A stretch of DNA of 64,000 nt from Campylobacterales bacterium (GTDB taxonomy: Bacteria; Campylobacterota; Campylobacteria; Campylobacterales; Sulfurospirillaceae): NCBI GenBank assembly GCA_024280575.1, contig JAJRPV010000014.1:49593-113592 (forward strand), given 5' to 3'. The first letter of the stretch is position 1; every line of letters begins with the position of its first letter. This document shows positions 1 through 9,468 of this stretch, in pieces. The translations under genes and the position numbers were made by a program. The notes beneath the pieces were generated by a model. It made no database searches. It worked only from the letters and a program-made list of their open reading frames with translations, and was not told the DNA's origin.

Positions 1-605
1 GTATTAAAAATATCAGAATCAATAAAACCCTTCAAAGTATATATAATAATATTGTTTTTAATAAAAACAGCTACTGTTTTTTCAATATTTCCTATATAAG
101 AGTTTTTAACTACAAAATCAAAATTTTTCTTATTTTGTTCAAAATCATCTTTGTTTTTTGCGATTTGAACTTTAAGTTTTCTTTCTATCAGTGCCATTGC
201 AATTTGATTTTTTTGGCTCTGATCATTTGAATATATTATGATACTTTTATCTTCTAGTTTCTTACTTCTACTAAATAGAAAAACCATCTCTTCTCTTTCA
301 ACAAGAGAAAATGCTATATCATTTGCAAATGTACTTAGTATTGAATTATATATTTTTATATCATAATCGCAAAAACCTACAAATACCATGCACTCATCTT
401 TTAAAAATGCCAATCTATCAGCGAGGTAAGATATCCCTTTTTTATTGTAAAAAATAATTTTTTTCAGAGAAATAAATACTGCATCGGGTTTTTTTGAAAT
501 TATCTCTTGCTCATCAACACCAGTTATAATCGTAGAGGCATTGTCTCCGTCCAAAAAACCTGTTGGATAAAAAATTGCTACCTTATTTTTGATAATTGGC
601 TTCAA
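1..605 (-). CDS. Partial CDS running off the left edge; STAS-like signalling protein with two similar STAS-type starts
   Basis: Hand translation from TTG at 605 (overlaps the TGA of the HDOD gene) is open to position 1: MKPIIKNKVAIFYPTGFLDGDN...VFISLKKIIFYNKKGISYL...KNNIIIYTLKGFIDSD. Not in the ORF track, presumably because it has no stop inside the window. Confidence 0.6.
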   Translation of the reverse strand, partial: MKPIIKNKVAIFYPTGFLDGDNASTIITGVDEQEIISKKPDAVFISLKKIIFYNKKGISYLADRLAFLKDECMVFVGFCDYDIKIYNSILSTFANDIAFSLVEREEMVFLFSRSKKLEDKSIIIYSNDQSQKNQIAMALIERKLKVQIAKNKDDFEQNKKNFDFVVKNSYIGNIEKTVAVFIKNNIIIYTLKGFIDSDIFN

Positions 606-1405
606 ATTTTATTCCTAATTTTTAAAAACAGAGCAATATCGTTTTCCGTAAAATTCATGGGAATTTCAAAAAAATCATTTAACCCACTATTGATAATATA
701 GGACTTACTCATCTCATAGCTTATCAATAACCTTAAAAACACGATCTCTTTTTGTGTGATTTTGTTTGCGCTACCTTGTAATTTATCTTGTGAAAAATCT
801 TTTATAAAAGCAACTATCTCATCATCAAATTCCCATTTTTTTGCGATCAGGAGCACAATGTCAAAAAATCTATAACCGCTCATTTTATAGAGTATCTCAT
901 CAAAACTCATATGCTTTGACTCACGCAAAAGAAGTATTGTCTCTTTTGTATCTCTAAACATCATCTCACAAATAACTAGAGAAGCTGGGATTAGAGAGAT
1001 ACTTTGTTGTAAATTTTTATCATCAATTTTCAACTCTTTTAAAATTTCATTCCATCCTATGATTAAATTTGCTTGTAACTCTTGAAATTTTTTGTTTGAA
1101 AAATCAAAAACTTCCCAATTTTTAGGCATAATCAAGAGCATATAATAACTAGCTACAATTTGTCTTGCTTTGCCAAGTCCTAAAATACCAAAAATTTGAT
1201 TTACATTTTTAACATCATTTACAAAACCGAATATTGGTTTATTTACAATTTCTGAGAGATAAACAACAAATGCTTTGTCTTCTTTTGCGACATTTGCAGC
1301 TTGCACCACATCATTATTGTTCAAATGCAAGAGAGTTAGTCTTAAAGTATCAGGAATCGGGGGAATAGTGTCTAAATACTTGTCAATATCATCTTTTGAA
1401 AGCAT
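602..1405 (-). CDS. HDOD domain-containing protein (Cj0248-like)
   Basis: N-terminal IPPIPDT and helical HDOD-type pattern (IVNKPIFGF..VKNVNQIFGILGL; IAKKWEFDDEI). Confidence 0.8.
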   Translation of the reverse strand: MLSKDDIDKYLDTIPPIPDTLRLTLLHLNNNDVVQAANVAKEDKAFVVYLSEIVNKPIFGFVNDVKNVNQIFGILGLGKARQIVASYYMLLIMPKNWEVFDFSNKKFQELQANLIIGWNEILKELKIDDKNLQQSISLIPASLVICEMMFRDTKETILLLRESKHMSFDEILYKMSGYRFFDIVLLIAKKWEFDDEIVAFIKDFSQDKLQGSANKITQKEIVFLRLLISYEMSKSYIINSGLNDFFEIPMNFTENDIALFLKIRNKI

Positions 1406-1472
1406 AAAGATATCCTTATTTTTGGAAATTTTTAGATTTTATCGTTAATTTCATAAAACCTTTATAAATTTT

Positions 1473-1481
1473 TGGTATAAT
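1473..1481 (+). promoter_or_regulatory. Extended -10 (TGGTATAAT) RpoD promoter for rpmB
   Basis: TGnTATAAT ~34 nt upstream of the rpmB ATG; typical Campylobacterota sigma70 promoter. Confidence 0.7.
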
Positions 1482-1514
1482 ACCGTCCTTAATAAAAAAT
1501 TCAAGGGATTAAAA

Positions 1515-1703
1515 ATGGCAAAAAGATGCGCGATAACTGGCAAAGGTCCGATGGTAGGAAACAATGTTAGCCATGCTCACAATAAAACAAAAAGAAGATT
1601 TCTTCCAAATCTGAGAACTGTAAGAGTTACACTAGAAGACGGCACAACTAAAAAAATCAAAGTTGCTGCTTCAACACTTCGTACAATGAAGAAAAACGCT
1701 TAA
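1515..1703 (+). CDS. rpmB: 50S ribosomal protein L28
   Basis: [33 protein letters not shown] signature. Confidence 0.98.
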   Translation: MAKRCAITGKGPMVGNNVSHAHNKTKRRFLPNLRTVRVTLEDGTTKKIKVAASTLRTMKKNA

Positions 1704-1715
1704 TAATACCTCATT

Positions 1716-1741
1716 ATGAGACCATTATGGTCTCATTGTTT
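1716..1741 (+). terminator. Possible intrinsic terminator or processing hairpin after rpmB
   Basis: ATGAGACCA-TTA-TGGTCTCAT 9-bp stem followed by a weak T tract. Confidence 0.45.
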
Positions 1742-1759
1742 GGGACTAAGTCTGCTTAA

Positions 1760-2890
1760 GTGTATTTATTTCATAAGATAAAAAAGCTTTTACACTGGAG
1801 TGACAGAAAAGTCCCGGCTATTAACCTAGACACAAAACTTTATCAAGAATTAAAACCTTTCCGTCTTCCTCTCATATTGACGGTATTGATGATTATGATA
1901 GGAGCCCTAGGCTATATCATAATAGATAACTTTTCCTTAGATGATGCAATCTATCAAGCGGCAATCACATTTACCACTGTAGGATTTGGAGAAATAGCTC
2001 CTATATCCAAAGCCGGCAGAATTTTCACCATAACTCTCATCATACTTGGATTTGGTGTTTTTTCTTTTTCTGTCGGTATTTTAATAGAAGTATTAAACAA
2101 GGGAAATTTTGTTAGAATCTTTAAGGAGCGCCAAATGTTATATAAAATAGCAAGACTAAAAAATCATTTTGTAGTGTGTTATCACAATGAATACACAATA
2201 GAACTTTCAAATCAATTTAGAGAAAACCATATACCTTTTGTTGTGGTAGCGCCAAATAATGATTTAGATAAAATAGCTCAAAAATACAAATATCCTTATT
2301 TTGTACAGGAAGAACCTCATACTGAAGTAGCCCTTTTAAAAACAGCCCTTTCTCGTGCCAAAGGACTGATAACCCTAAGTGAAAATTTAGCTGACAATAT
2401 CGCTCAAATCGTAACAACAAGACTATTTGAAAAAGAGCTAAACCTTAAAAGACCATACTTTATAATGTCTCAAGCAAAAAACTTAAATGATATCAATAAA
2501 CTGAAAAAACTAGGGGCTGACAGCGTAGTGAGTGCTACGAAACTTATGGCTCAAAGGATAAGCGCTATGAGCGTTAGACCTGACATGGAAAATATGCTCG
2601 AAAACATACTTTATCGAAGAGATATTCCACTTGATATGGAAGAGATAGAAATTCCTGACACCTCTTGGTTAAGATACAAGAAAATTAGAGAAGCCCATAT
2701 TCGGGACATTACAAATGTTAGCATAGTCGGCTTGGAAGAGCCAAATGGAAAGTTCACACCGATGCCACAGGGGGATGCTTTAATCATAAGCAATTCAAAA
2801 CTTCTTTTAATAGGCACCGGAAAAGATATAAGAATGGCAAAAAATATAATAAAAAGCAAACACAAACCGGAGGAATTGAAATATGTTTAA
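1760..2890 (+). CDS. Potassium channel protein with TrkA-N/TrkA-C (RCK) domains
   Basis: Two TM helices around pore motif TTVGFGE, followed by RCK domains (KLGADSVVS; IRDITNVSIVG). Confidence 0.9.
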   Translation: MYLFHKIKKLLHWSDRKVPAINLDTKLYQELKPFRLPLILTVLMIMIGALGYIIIDNFSLDDAIYQAAITFTTVGFGEIAPISKAGRIFTITLIILGFGVFSFSVGILIEVLNKGNFVRIFKERQMLYKIARLKNHFVVCYHNEYTIELSNQFRENHIPFVVVAPNNDLDKIAQKYKYPYFVQEEPHTEVALLKTALSRAKGLITLSENLADNIAQIVTTRLFEKELNLKRPYFIMSQAKNLNDINKLKKLGADSVVSATKLMAQRISAMSVRPDMENMLENILYRRDIPLDMEEIEIPDTSWLRYKKIREAHIRDITNVSIVGLEEPNGKFTPMPQGDALIISNSKLLLIGTGKDIRMAKNIIKSKHKPEELKYV

Positions 2891-4067
2891 CTTAATTTCA
2901 TTAAAAAATGGCATAGACAATGTAGAAGGTTTTTACAGTGATGGCATAAGTGCCGGATTTAAAAAAAACAATGAACCTGATGTTGCTTTTATAAGAAGTA
3001 ACAAAGAGTGCGATATAACAGCTGTGTTTACCACCAATAAATTTCAAGCTGCACCAATTAAGCATTACAAAAAATATCCGAAAAACTTTAAAACAAATTT
3101 TATCTTAATGAACTCTAAGAATGCAAACGCAATTACCGGACAAAGAGGGATAGATGATATAGATTTTATATTTAAAAATTTAAAAGGTATAAGACTCTTA
3201 AATCCGATAATGAGCTCTACCGGGGTTATAGGATATCCTTTGGATAAAGAAAAAATCATCACAGCAGCAAACAAGTTTGATTATAATTCAAAAAATTCAA
3301 AAAACTGCTCTAATGCCATAATGACAACAGATAAATTTTCAAAAGAACTATGTTTCAGAGTTGAATTTGATAATGGAGATTTTTTCCATATTGCCGGTAT
3401 TTGCAAGGGAGCAGGCATGATAAATCCTGCTATGGCTACTATGCTTTGTTTTTTGGTAACTGATGCAAATATCCCTAAAATTGATATGGATGAAATTCTT
3501 AAAGAAAGCGTGGAAAATTCTTTCAACAAGATAAGTGTTGATGGCGATACATCTACAAATGATACTGTTTTTTTACTAGCTAGCAAAACTAAAAAATGCT
3601 ATGATAAAACAGCTTTCAAAGAAGCTTTAAAATTTATAACAAAAAATTTAAGCCTACTGATACTAAAAGACGGGGAAGGTTCAAATAAAGTAGTAGCTTT
3701 TGAAGTAAATGGTGCAATAAGTGAAAAAGAAGCAGAAATTTCCGCAAAAGCCTTAAGCAATTCTCTACTTGTGAAAACTGCTCTTTTTGGAGAGGATCCA
3801 AACTGGGGAAGAATCGCTTCTACCATAGGAGCTTCCGGTGTCACATGTAGCGAAGAAGAACTAGAGATTTACTATGATAAAGTCTTGATTTTTTCAAAAA
3901 AGCATCCTGTTTTAGACAAAGAAACAGAACAAAAAGCAATGAAAGTTATGAAAAAAGAGTCTTTTAAAATAACTTGCAATCTCAATATGGGAAATTTCTC
4001 ATACAGGGCTTATGGATGTGATTTAAGTTACGAATATGTAAAAATAAATGCAGATTATAGAACTTAA
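2883..4067 (+). CDS. argJ: Bifunctional glutamate N-acetyltransferase/amino-acid acetyltransferase
   Basis: KGAGMINPAMATML, DGDTSTNDTV, GEDPNWGRI motifs. Confidence 0.97.
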   Translation: MFNLISLKNGIDNVEGFYSDGISAGFKKNNEPDVAFIRSNKECDITAVFTTNKFQAAPIKHYKKYPKNFKTNFILMNSKNANAITGQRGIDDIDFIFKNLKGIRLLNPIMSSTGVIGYPLDKEKIITAANKFDYNSKNSKNCSNAIMTTDKFSKELCFRVEFDNGDFFHIAGICKGAGMINPAMATMLCFLVTDANIPKIDMDEILKESVENSFNKISVDGDTSTNDTVFLLASKTKKCYDKTAFKEALKFITKNLSLLILKDGEGSNKVVAFEVNGAISEKEAEISAKALSNSLLVKTALFGEDPNWGRIASTIGASGVTCSEEELEIYYDKVLIFSKKHPVLDKETEQKAMKVMKKESFKITCNLNMGNFSYRAYGCDLSYEYVKINADYRT

Positions 4068-4111
4068 AGCAAATATTAGTTAAAATTTCACAAACCAACC
4101 AAGGAGACAGA

Positions 4112-4336
4112 ATGTTACAAGAATACAGAGATATAATTCCAGAAATGAAAACTAAAAATGCGCACTTTGCTAAAATTTTTGAAAGACACAACGAACTTGA
4201 CAAAAAAATAGACAATGTGGATGCAGGAAGAGAATTTATGAGTGACACTGAATTAGATACTTTAAAAAAAGAGAAACTCAAACTCAAAGATGAAGCATAC
4301 GCCATGATTATGGAATACAAAAAAAATAACCACTAA
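4112..4336 (+). CDS. YdcH family (DUF465) small coiled-coil protein
   Basis: AHFAKIFERHNELDKKI...LKKEKLKLKDE pattern; SD AGGAG upstream. Confidence 0.85.
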   Translation: MLQEYRDIIPEMKTKNAHFAKIFERHNELDKKIDNVDAGREFMSDTELDTLKKEKLKLKDEAYAMIMEYKKNNH

Positions 4337-4344
4337 CACAACAC

Positions 4345-4374
4345 AAAAAAGGCTTTGGTTTTAAAGCCTTTTTT
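4345..4374. terminator. Bidirectional intrinsic terminator
   Basis: AAAAAAGGCTTT-GGTTTT-AAAGCCTTTTTT perfect stem with A and T tracts on both sides. Confidence 0.85.
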
Positions 4375-4400
4375 CTCTCTAAATCTTTTTTATGAAAACT

Positions 4401-4409
4401 TGGTATAAT
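4401..4409 (+). promoter_or_regulatory. Extended -10 promoter of the glycogen cluster
   Basis: TGGTATAAT upstream of SD AGGAG and ATG 4442. Confidence 0.7.
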
Positions 4410-4441
4410 TATGACATCTTTTTTAATATAGGAGAATAATT

Positions 4442-4720
4442 ATGATAAAAATAACAAATAAAGGTAAAAAATCTTGGGTAACATTTACAACTGAACCTAT
4501 AGATGTAGAATCAGTAAAGATTTGTGGGGAATGGAACGAATGGAAAAGTGAACCCATGAAAAAAAAGAAAAATGGAGAGTTTTATATAACCAAAATTATA
4601 AACTCTAACAAAAATTACCAATTTGGCTACGAACTTGGTGATGGCAGATGGATATGTGATGAAAGCGTGGAAACAGTAATGTCCCCATTTAATTCACAAA
4701 ATTCACTACTAGAGATATAA
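4442..4720 (+). CDS. Stand-alone isoamylase early-set / CBM48-like glycogen-binding protein
   Basis: VTF...VKICGEWNEW..EPMKKKKNGEF...YQFGY...W..D pattern of AMPK-beta/isoamylase N-terminal domains. Confidence 0.8.
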   Translation: MIKITNKGKKSWVTFTTEPIDVESVKICGEWNEWKSEPMKKKKNGEFYITKIINSNKNYQFGYELGDGRWICDESVETVMSPFNSQNSLLEI

Positions 4721-4721
4721 A

Positions 4722-4937
4722 TTTAGTCGCGAGGAATTTAAAGGGGCTTTGCTCCTGCAAAAGGGGACAGTAAGATAAAATTACAGAAGTTTCTACTTCG
4801 TTCTTTAGTCGCGAGGAATTTTTGCGGAATTTACTTCCGTAAAAAGGGGACAGTAAGATAAAATTACAGAGCAAAGCTCGTGCTTTAGTCGCGAGGAATT
4901 TTATTTGGGCTTTGCCCAAATAAAAGGGGGCAATTAA
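4722..4937 (+). repeat. Tandem array (3 copies, period 80-82 nt) of a two-hairpin cassette ending in the SD/ATG of the next gene
   Basis: TTTAGTCGCGAGGAATTT at 4722, 4804, 4884; AAAAGGGGACAGTAAGATAAAATTACAGA at 4759 and 4842; variable but self-complementary segments between them. Confidence 0.9.
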
Positions 4938-7436
4938 ATGAAAGCAGTAGTTATGGCAGGGGGTTTTGGTACTAGAATACAACCACTAACCCACTCTTGT
5001 CCAAAACCTATGTTACCTGTTGTAAACAGGCCAATGATGGAACACACTATGATGACTCTTAAAGACCTTGGTATCACAGAGTTCATCATTCTTTTATACT
5101 TTAAACCAGAGATTATAAAAGATTACTTCAAAGACGGAAGTGATTTTGGCATAAAAATAAGCTATGTAACTCCAGATGATGATTATGGAACAGCGGGCGC
5201 AGTTAAACTTGCACAAGAACTCATAGGAGACGATAATTTTATCATCATAAGTGGTGATTTAGTTACTGACTTTGATTTTCAAAAGCTTTTTGATTTTCAC
5301 TCTGCAAAAAAAGCAAAACTCTCTATTGGATTGACTTCTGTCGAAAATCCTTTGCAATTTGGCGTAGTTATAGCAAATGAAGACAATGTTATAGAAAAAT
5401 TCTTGGAAAAACCAAGTTGGGGTGAAGTATTTAGCGACACTATAAACACGGGTATCTACATAATAGAACCGGAAATTTTAGAATCTATTCCCAAGGGTGA
5501 AAATTTTGATTTTGCAAAAGATCTTTTTCCAAAACTTATGAAAAATGGCATAGAATTGATGGGCTACAGCATGGAAGGCTATTGGAGAGATGTTGGAAAT
5601 CCAGAGAGTTACCGCGAAGTTCATGCAGATATTTTAAATGAAAAAGTAAAATTTAAAATTCCCGGGGTCAAAACAGAATTTCCCGATGGCACATTATATA
5701 GCAGCATTCCTTACACTTTAGACAAAAGTATAGAAATTATAGGAAATGTCGTCTTGGGAAAAGATGTAATCCTAAAGAAAAATACAAAATTAAACAATAC
5801 GGTTATAGGAAATAATGTTTCAATAGGAAGCGACAGCAATATCCGAAACAGCATCCTGTGGAGTGATATAAAAATCGGTAAAAATGCAAAATTTGACGGT
5901 TGCGTTATCTGCTATGACAACGAAATAGGGAAAAATGTTACGGCAAGGGCCGGTTTGATACTGGCCCAAGGATGTGAGGTTGGTGAACTTACTACATTTG
6001 AACAAGATGTCACGATATGGCCTGATAAAAAGATAGAACCGGCATCCATAGTGAGCCATAGTTTAATCCTCGGAAGCAAATACAGAAACAACATCTTTGA
6101 AAGTGGTAGTGTTTCAGGGAAAAGCAATATAGAACTCTCTTGTGAGATGGCTACAAAACTAGCAGAAGCATTTGCATCGCAATTGCCGATAGGTGTAACA
6201 GTGGCTGTCGGAAGAGACAAAGATAAAAGCTCAAGAATGTTAAAAAGAGCCTTTTTGGGCGGTCTTTTAAGTGCTGGTATTGATGTATTGGATATGAAAA
6301 GCATTCCTCCTTCTATTCTTAGATATGTTATTGCCAAAGATGAGAAAATTGTTGGTGGCGCACACTTCAAAAGAGACATAATCGACACAACAAGTTCACA
6401 AATTACTCTTTTTAATGAAGAAGCACTTAGAATTGATTCAAACTCTATAAAAGGTGTGGAAAAGGCATTTTTTACTGAAAATTTTAGAAGAGTTGATTAT
6501 ACTAAAATAGGCGAAATCAATGAGCTTTCAAGAGAAGATGAATCCTCAAAATACATAAAAGATATTGAAAATGAGATCGACCACAGCATCATAAAATGTG
6601 GTGGATTTAAAGTCGCAGTGGATGTTATGCACGGAAGCACCGCCGATATTTTTCCGACTTTATTAAATGATCTTGGGGTTGAAAACATAGTTTTAGACGC
6701 TTATTATGATGAAAAGAAATTATCAAATATAAAAATCTTGGAAAATCGTGCCAAATCAAATATTTCAAATATAGTAAAAAGTTTAAGTTATGATTTGGGA
6801 ATTATCATTTATCCAAATGCTCAAAGACTTTTACTCGTAACTGATGAAGGAGAGGTTCTAGATAAAATAAAAGGACTCTTGAGCATACTTTATCTTCTAA
6901 ATATGGAAGAAACAGATAAAAAACTAAAAGTCTTTTTACCTACCTGGGCTCCTGATATGATTGAGTTTGAAAACTTAGATATAGAAAGAGGAAAATACTC
7001 AAATTTTAAAGCTCAGAAATTAAAAGAGTATGATCTCATAGCCACGATGGATGGAAACTTTGCTTTTACAGAGTTTGGCGTGACTCGAGATGCGATGTAT
7101 GCCAGTTTAAAAATTATGGAATTACTTAGCTGTCATGGTATAAAAATATCAAATTTGGCAAAAAAAATAGACGATTTTTACTACTCCAGCAAAAAGATAG
7201 AATGCTCTCAGGCTCTCAAGGGTAAAATGATGAGAAAATTCCTTGAGGATTCCAAAGGCAAAAAAGCTTCGACAGCCGATGGCGTAAAAATTTGGGAAAA
7301 TGAAACAGATTGGATTTTGATGATACCAGATCAATATAGTGACCATTTAAATATATATATTCAGGCAAAAGATGAATTAAGTGCCAAAAAAATATATGAT
7401 GAATACAGTGAAAAAATAGCTATTTGGTCAAGATGA
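4938..7436 (+). CDS. Sugar-phosphate nucleotidyltransferase (mannose-1-P guanylyltransferase-like) + LbH + phosphohexomutase-like fusion
   Basis: AGGFGTRIQPLT..PKPMLPV NTP-transferase motif, hexapeptide repeats, C-terminal PGM/PMM-fold region lacking canonical SHNP and DxDxD motifs. Confidence 0.85.
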   Translation: MKAVVMAGGFGTRIQPLTHSCPKPMLPVVNRPMMEHTMMTLKDLGITEFIILLYFKPEIIKDYFKDGSDFGIKISYVTPDDDYGTAGAVKLAQELIGDDNFIIISGDLVTDFDFQKLFDFHSAKKAKLSIGLTSVENPLQFGVVIANEDNVIEKFLEKPSWGEVFSDTINTGIYIIEPEILESIPKGENFDFAKDLFPKLMKNGIELMGYSMEGYWRDVGNPESYREVHADILNEKVKFKIPGVKTEFPDGTLYSSIPYTLDKSIEIIGNVVLGKDVILKKNTKLNNTVIGNNVSIGSDSNIRNSILWSDIKIGKNAKFDGCVICYDNEIGKNVTARAGLILAQGCEVGELTTFEQDVTIWPDKKIEPASIVSHSLILGSKYRNNIFESGSVSGKSNIELSCEMATKLAEAFASQLPIGVTVAVGRDKDKSSRMLKRAFLGGLLSAGIDVLDMKSIPPSILRYVIAKDEKIVGGAHFKRDIIDTTSSQITLFNEEALRIDSNSIKGVEKAFFTENFRRVDYTKIGEINELSREDESSKYIKDIENEIDHSIIKCGGFKVAVDVMHGSTADIFPTLLNDLGVENIVLDAYYDEKKLSNIKILENRAKSNISNIVKSLSYDLGIIIYPNAQRLLLVTDEGEVLDKIKGLLSILYLLNMEETDKKLKVFLPTWAPDMIEFENLDIERGKYSNFKAQKLKEYDLIATMDGNFAFTEFGVTRDAMYASLKIMELLSCHGIKISNLAKKIDDFYYSSKKIECSQALKGKMMRKFLEDSKGKKASTADGVKIWENETDWILMIPDQYSDHLNIYIQAKDELSAKKIYDEYSEKIAIWSR

Positions 7437-9457
7437 AATTAGCGACTATTTGGCACATGCATCAGCCCGACTACCGCGACAATAGTGGGGTGATGCAGAT
7501 GCCCTGGGTATTTTTACACTCCATAAAAGATTATTATGATATGCCTTGGATGATGAGCAGACATAAAGGTATCAAGGCTACTTTTAATATAACTCCTCCT
7601 TTGATAAAACAGATAAAACTCTATTTTGATGAACCTTGTAAATATGATTACTTTTTAAATCTATGGTATAAAAACGGTAGTGAACTTGATTCAAATCAAA
7701 GAGAATGGATGATAAAGATTTGCAAAAGCGCACAGTTTGACACCATGGTATCGCCACTTCCTCGTTTTGTTGATTTATATCGCAAAGAAGTTTTAAATGA
7801 TGATGAATTTTTTGATTTGGAAGTTTTGTTTATACTCTCTTGGTGTGGCGTATATTTAAAGCAAAACAGTCAAGTCGTATCGTCCCTCATAGAAAAACAA
7901 GAAAATTATGATTTTAATGATAAGACTATTTTACTAAACGAATTAAAAGAGTTTATTAAGGGTATATTTGATTATTATAAATCCTTACATGTAGAGGGTT
8001 TGATTTCGATCTCAACAACACCTCTAAACCACCCTATTCTTCCGCTGTTACTTGATATGGACAATGCACGAAAAGCAAATCCATCTACTAATATACCGCG
8101 TCTCCATGAGCCTCTGAAAGAAGATGCTAATTTGCAGATTTCAAGAGCGGTGCATTTGTTTTGTGATACTTTTGGCTTTACACCCGAGGGTTTTTGGCCA
8201 GCCGAAGGAGCTGTGGATCAAAACAGTGTAAGGCTTTTGAGGTAACATGGTATCAAATGGATAGCTACCGATGAAGCGATACTCTTCAAATCCATAGAAA
8301 ACAGTGACAGAAAAAACCTATACTACCCTTACAGTTATGATGATGTATGTATTGGTTTTAGAGATCACGGGCTTAGTGATTTGATTGGATTTACATACAG
8401 ATTTTGGGAAGCAGACAAAGCAAGTGAAAACTTTATAAATGCACTAAAAAATATAAATGATGAAAACAACAATGCAACAGTTTTTGTCATACTTGATGGC
8501 GAAAACGCTTGGGAATTTTACAAAAATAACGGCTTTGATTTTTTTAATTCGTTATACGGTAAATTAAACTTATCTCCTTGGTGCGAAACCGTAACTATGG
8601 ACGAAATTTGCCAAATGGACAAAAGGAAACTACCAAATCTTTCGCCTGGAAGTTGGATAAACGGAGAATTTAATACCTGGGTAGGTCATAGTGAAAAAAC
8701 CAAAGCTTGGGATTTGATATTTCAAACAAAAAGAGATTATAAAAAATATGGTAAAAAACTTAATGCAAGTACAAAAGAAGAGATAGTAAAGCATTTCTTG
8801 GCAGCAGAATGCTCAGACTGGTTTTGGTGGTATGGGGACGATCACTATACCGACTTTGGGGCAGAATTTGATATTCTTTTCAGAAATCACTTAATTGATA
8901 TCTATAATCTGATGCAAATTTCACCGCCAAGCACTCTCTTTAAATCTATTTTAGAGAAAAAAAGTGCCATAAATTTTCATATTCCTCCACAATCAAATAT
9001 ATCTCCTATAATAAATGGCTTGCATGACTCTTTTTTCGAGTGGATAGGATGTGGCGTAATTGACGAAACAAAAATTTTCTCAACCATGGATAAAGTAAGG
9101 GCTCCCATCCATAAAATATTTTATGGCCAAGACGAGGAATTTTTGTATTTTGCATTTATCGCAGACATTGATTCTCTCTTAGAGTCTCAAACACTAAATA
9201 TAACGATAGATCCTATCGAAGCGAGTATAAAAATACCGCTAAAATCCGGGTCAGGCAAAATTAAAAAAGATTTTAAAATAGAGTATGCATGCAAACAGTG
9301 GCTCGAAATGAAAATAGATAAAAAAAGTTTCACGCAGAGAAATTTAAATTTTCGTTTTGAGTTGATAAAACAAAAAAGGGTTATCCAAACACTCCCGGGT
9401 TTTGGGGAACTCGTTTGCAATTTAGATACAAACTACAATCATAATTGGTTTATATAA
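7433..9457 (+). pseudogene. GH57 amylopullulanase-like enzyme interrupted by in-frame TAA at 8243-8245
   Basis: WHMHQP, GFWPAEGAV, ILDGENAWE and AECSDWFWW GH57 motifs; the frame continues after the stop (LLR*HGIKWIATDEAIL) into ORF 8381. Confidence 0.85.
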
Positions 9458-9468
9458 GGAAAAAACAT

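Noticed and set aside
3132-3134. argJ NANAITG (ATT) possibly from NANAMTG (ATG) as another G->T lesion
   Set aside because: Depends on my recollection of the homologue residue; cannot be supported without an alignment.
4722-4937. CRISPR array
   Set aside because: Only three units, two alternating conserved blocks, variable parts are 11-27-nt self-complementary hairpins rather than unique spacers, no cas genes, and an isolated fourth copy lies 14 kb away.
4689-4982. 97-aa minus-strand ORF across the repeat array
   Set aside because: Antisense shadow of the repeats; overlaps both flanking genes; no SD or family motif.
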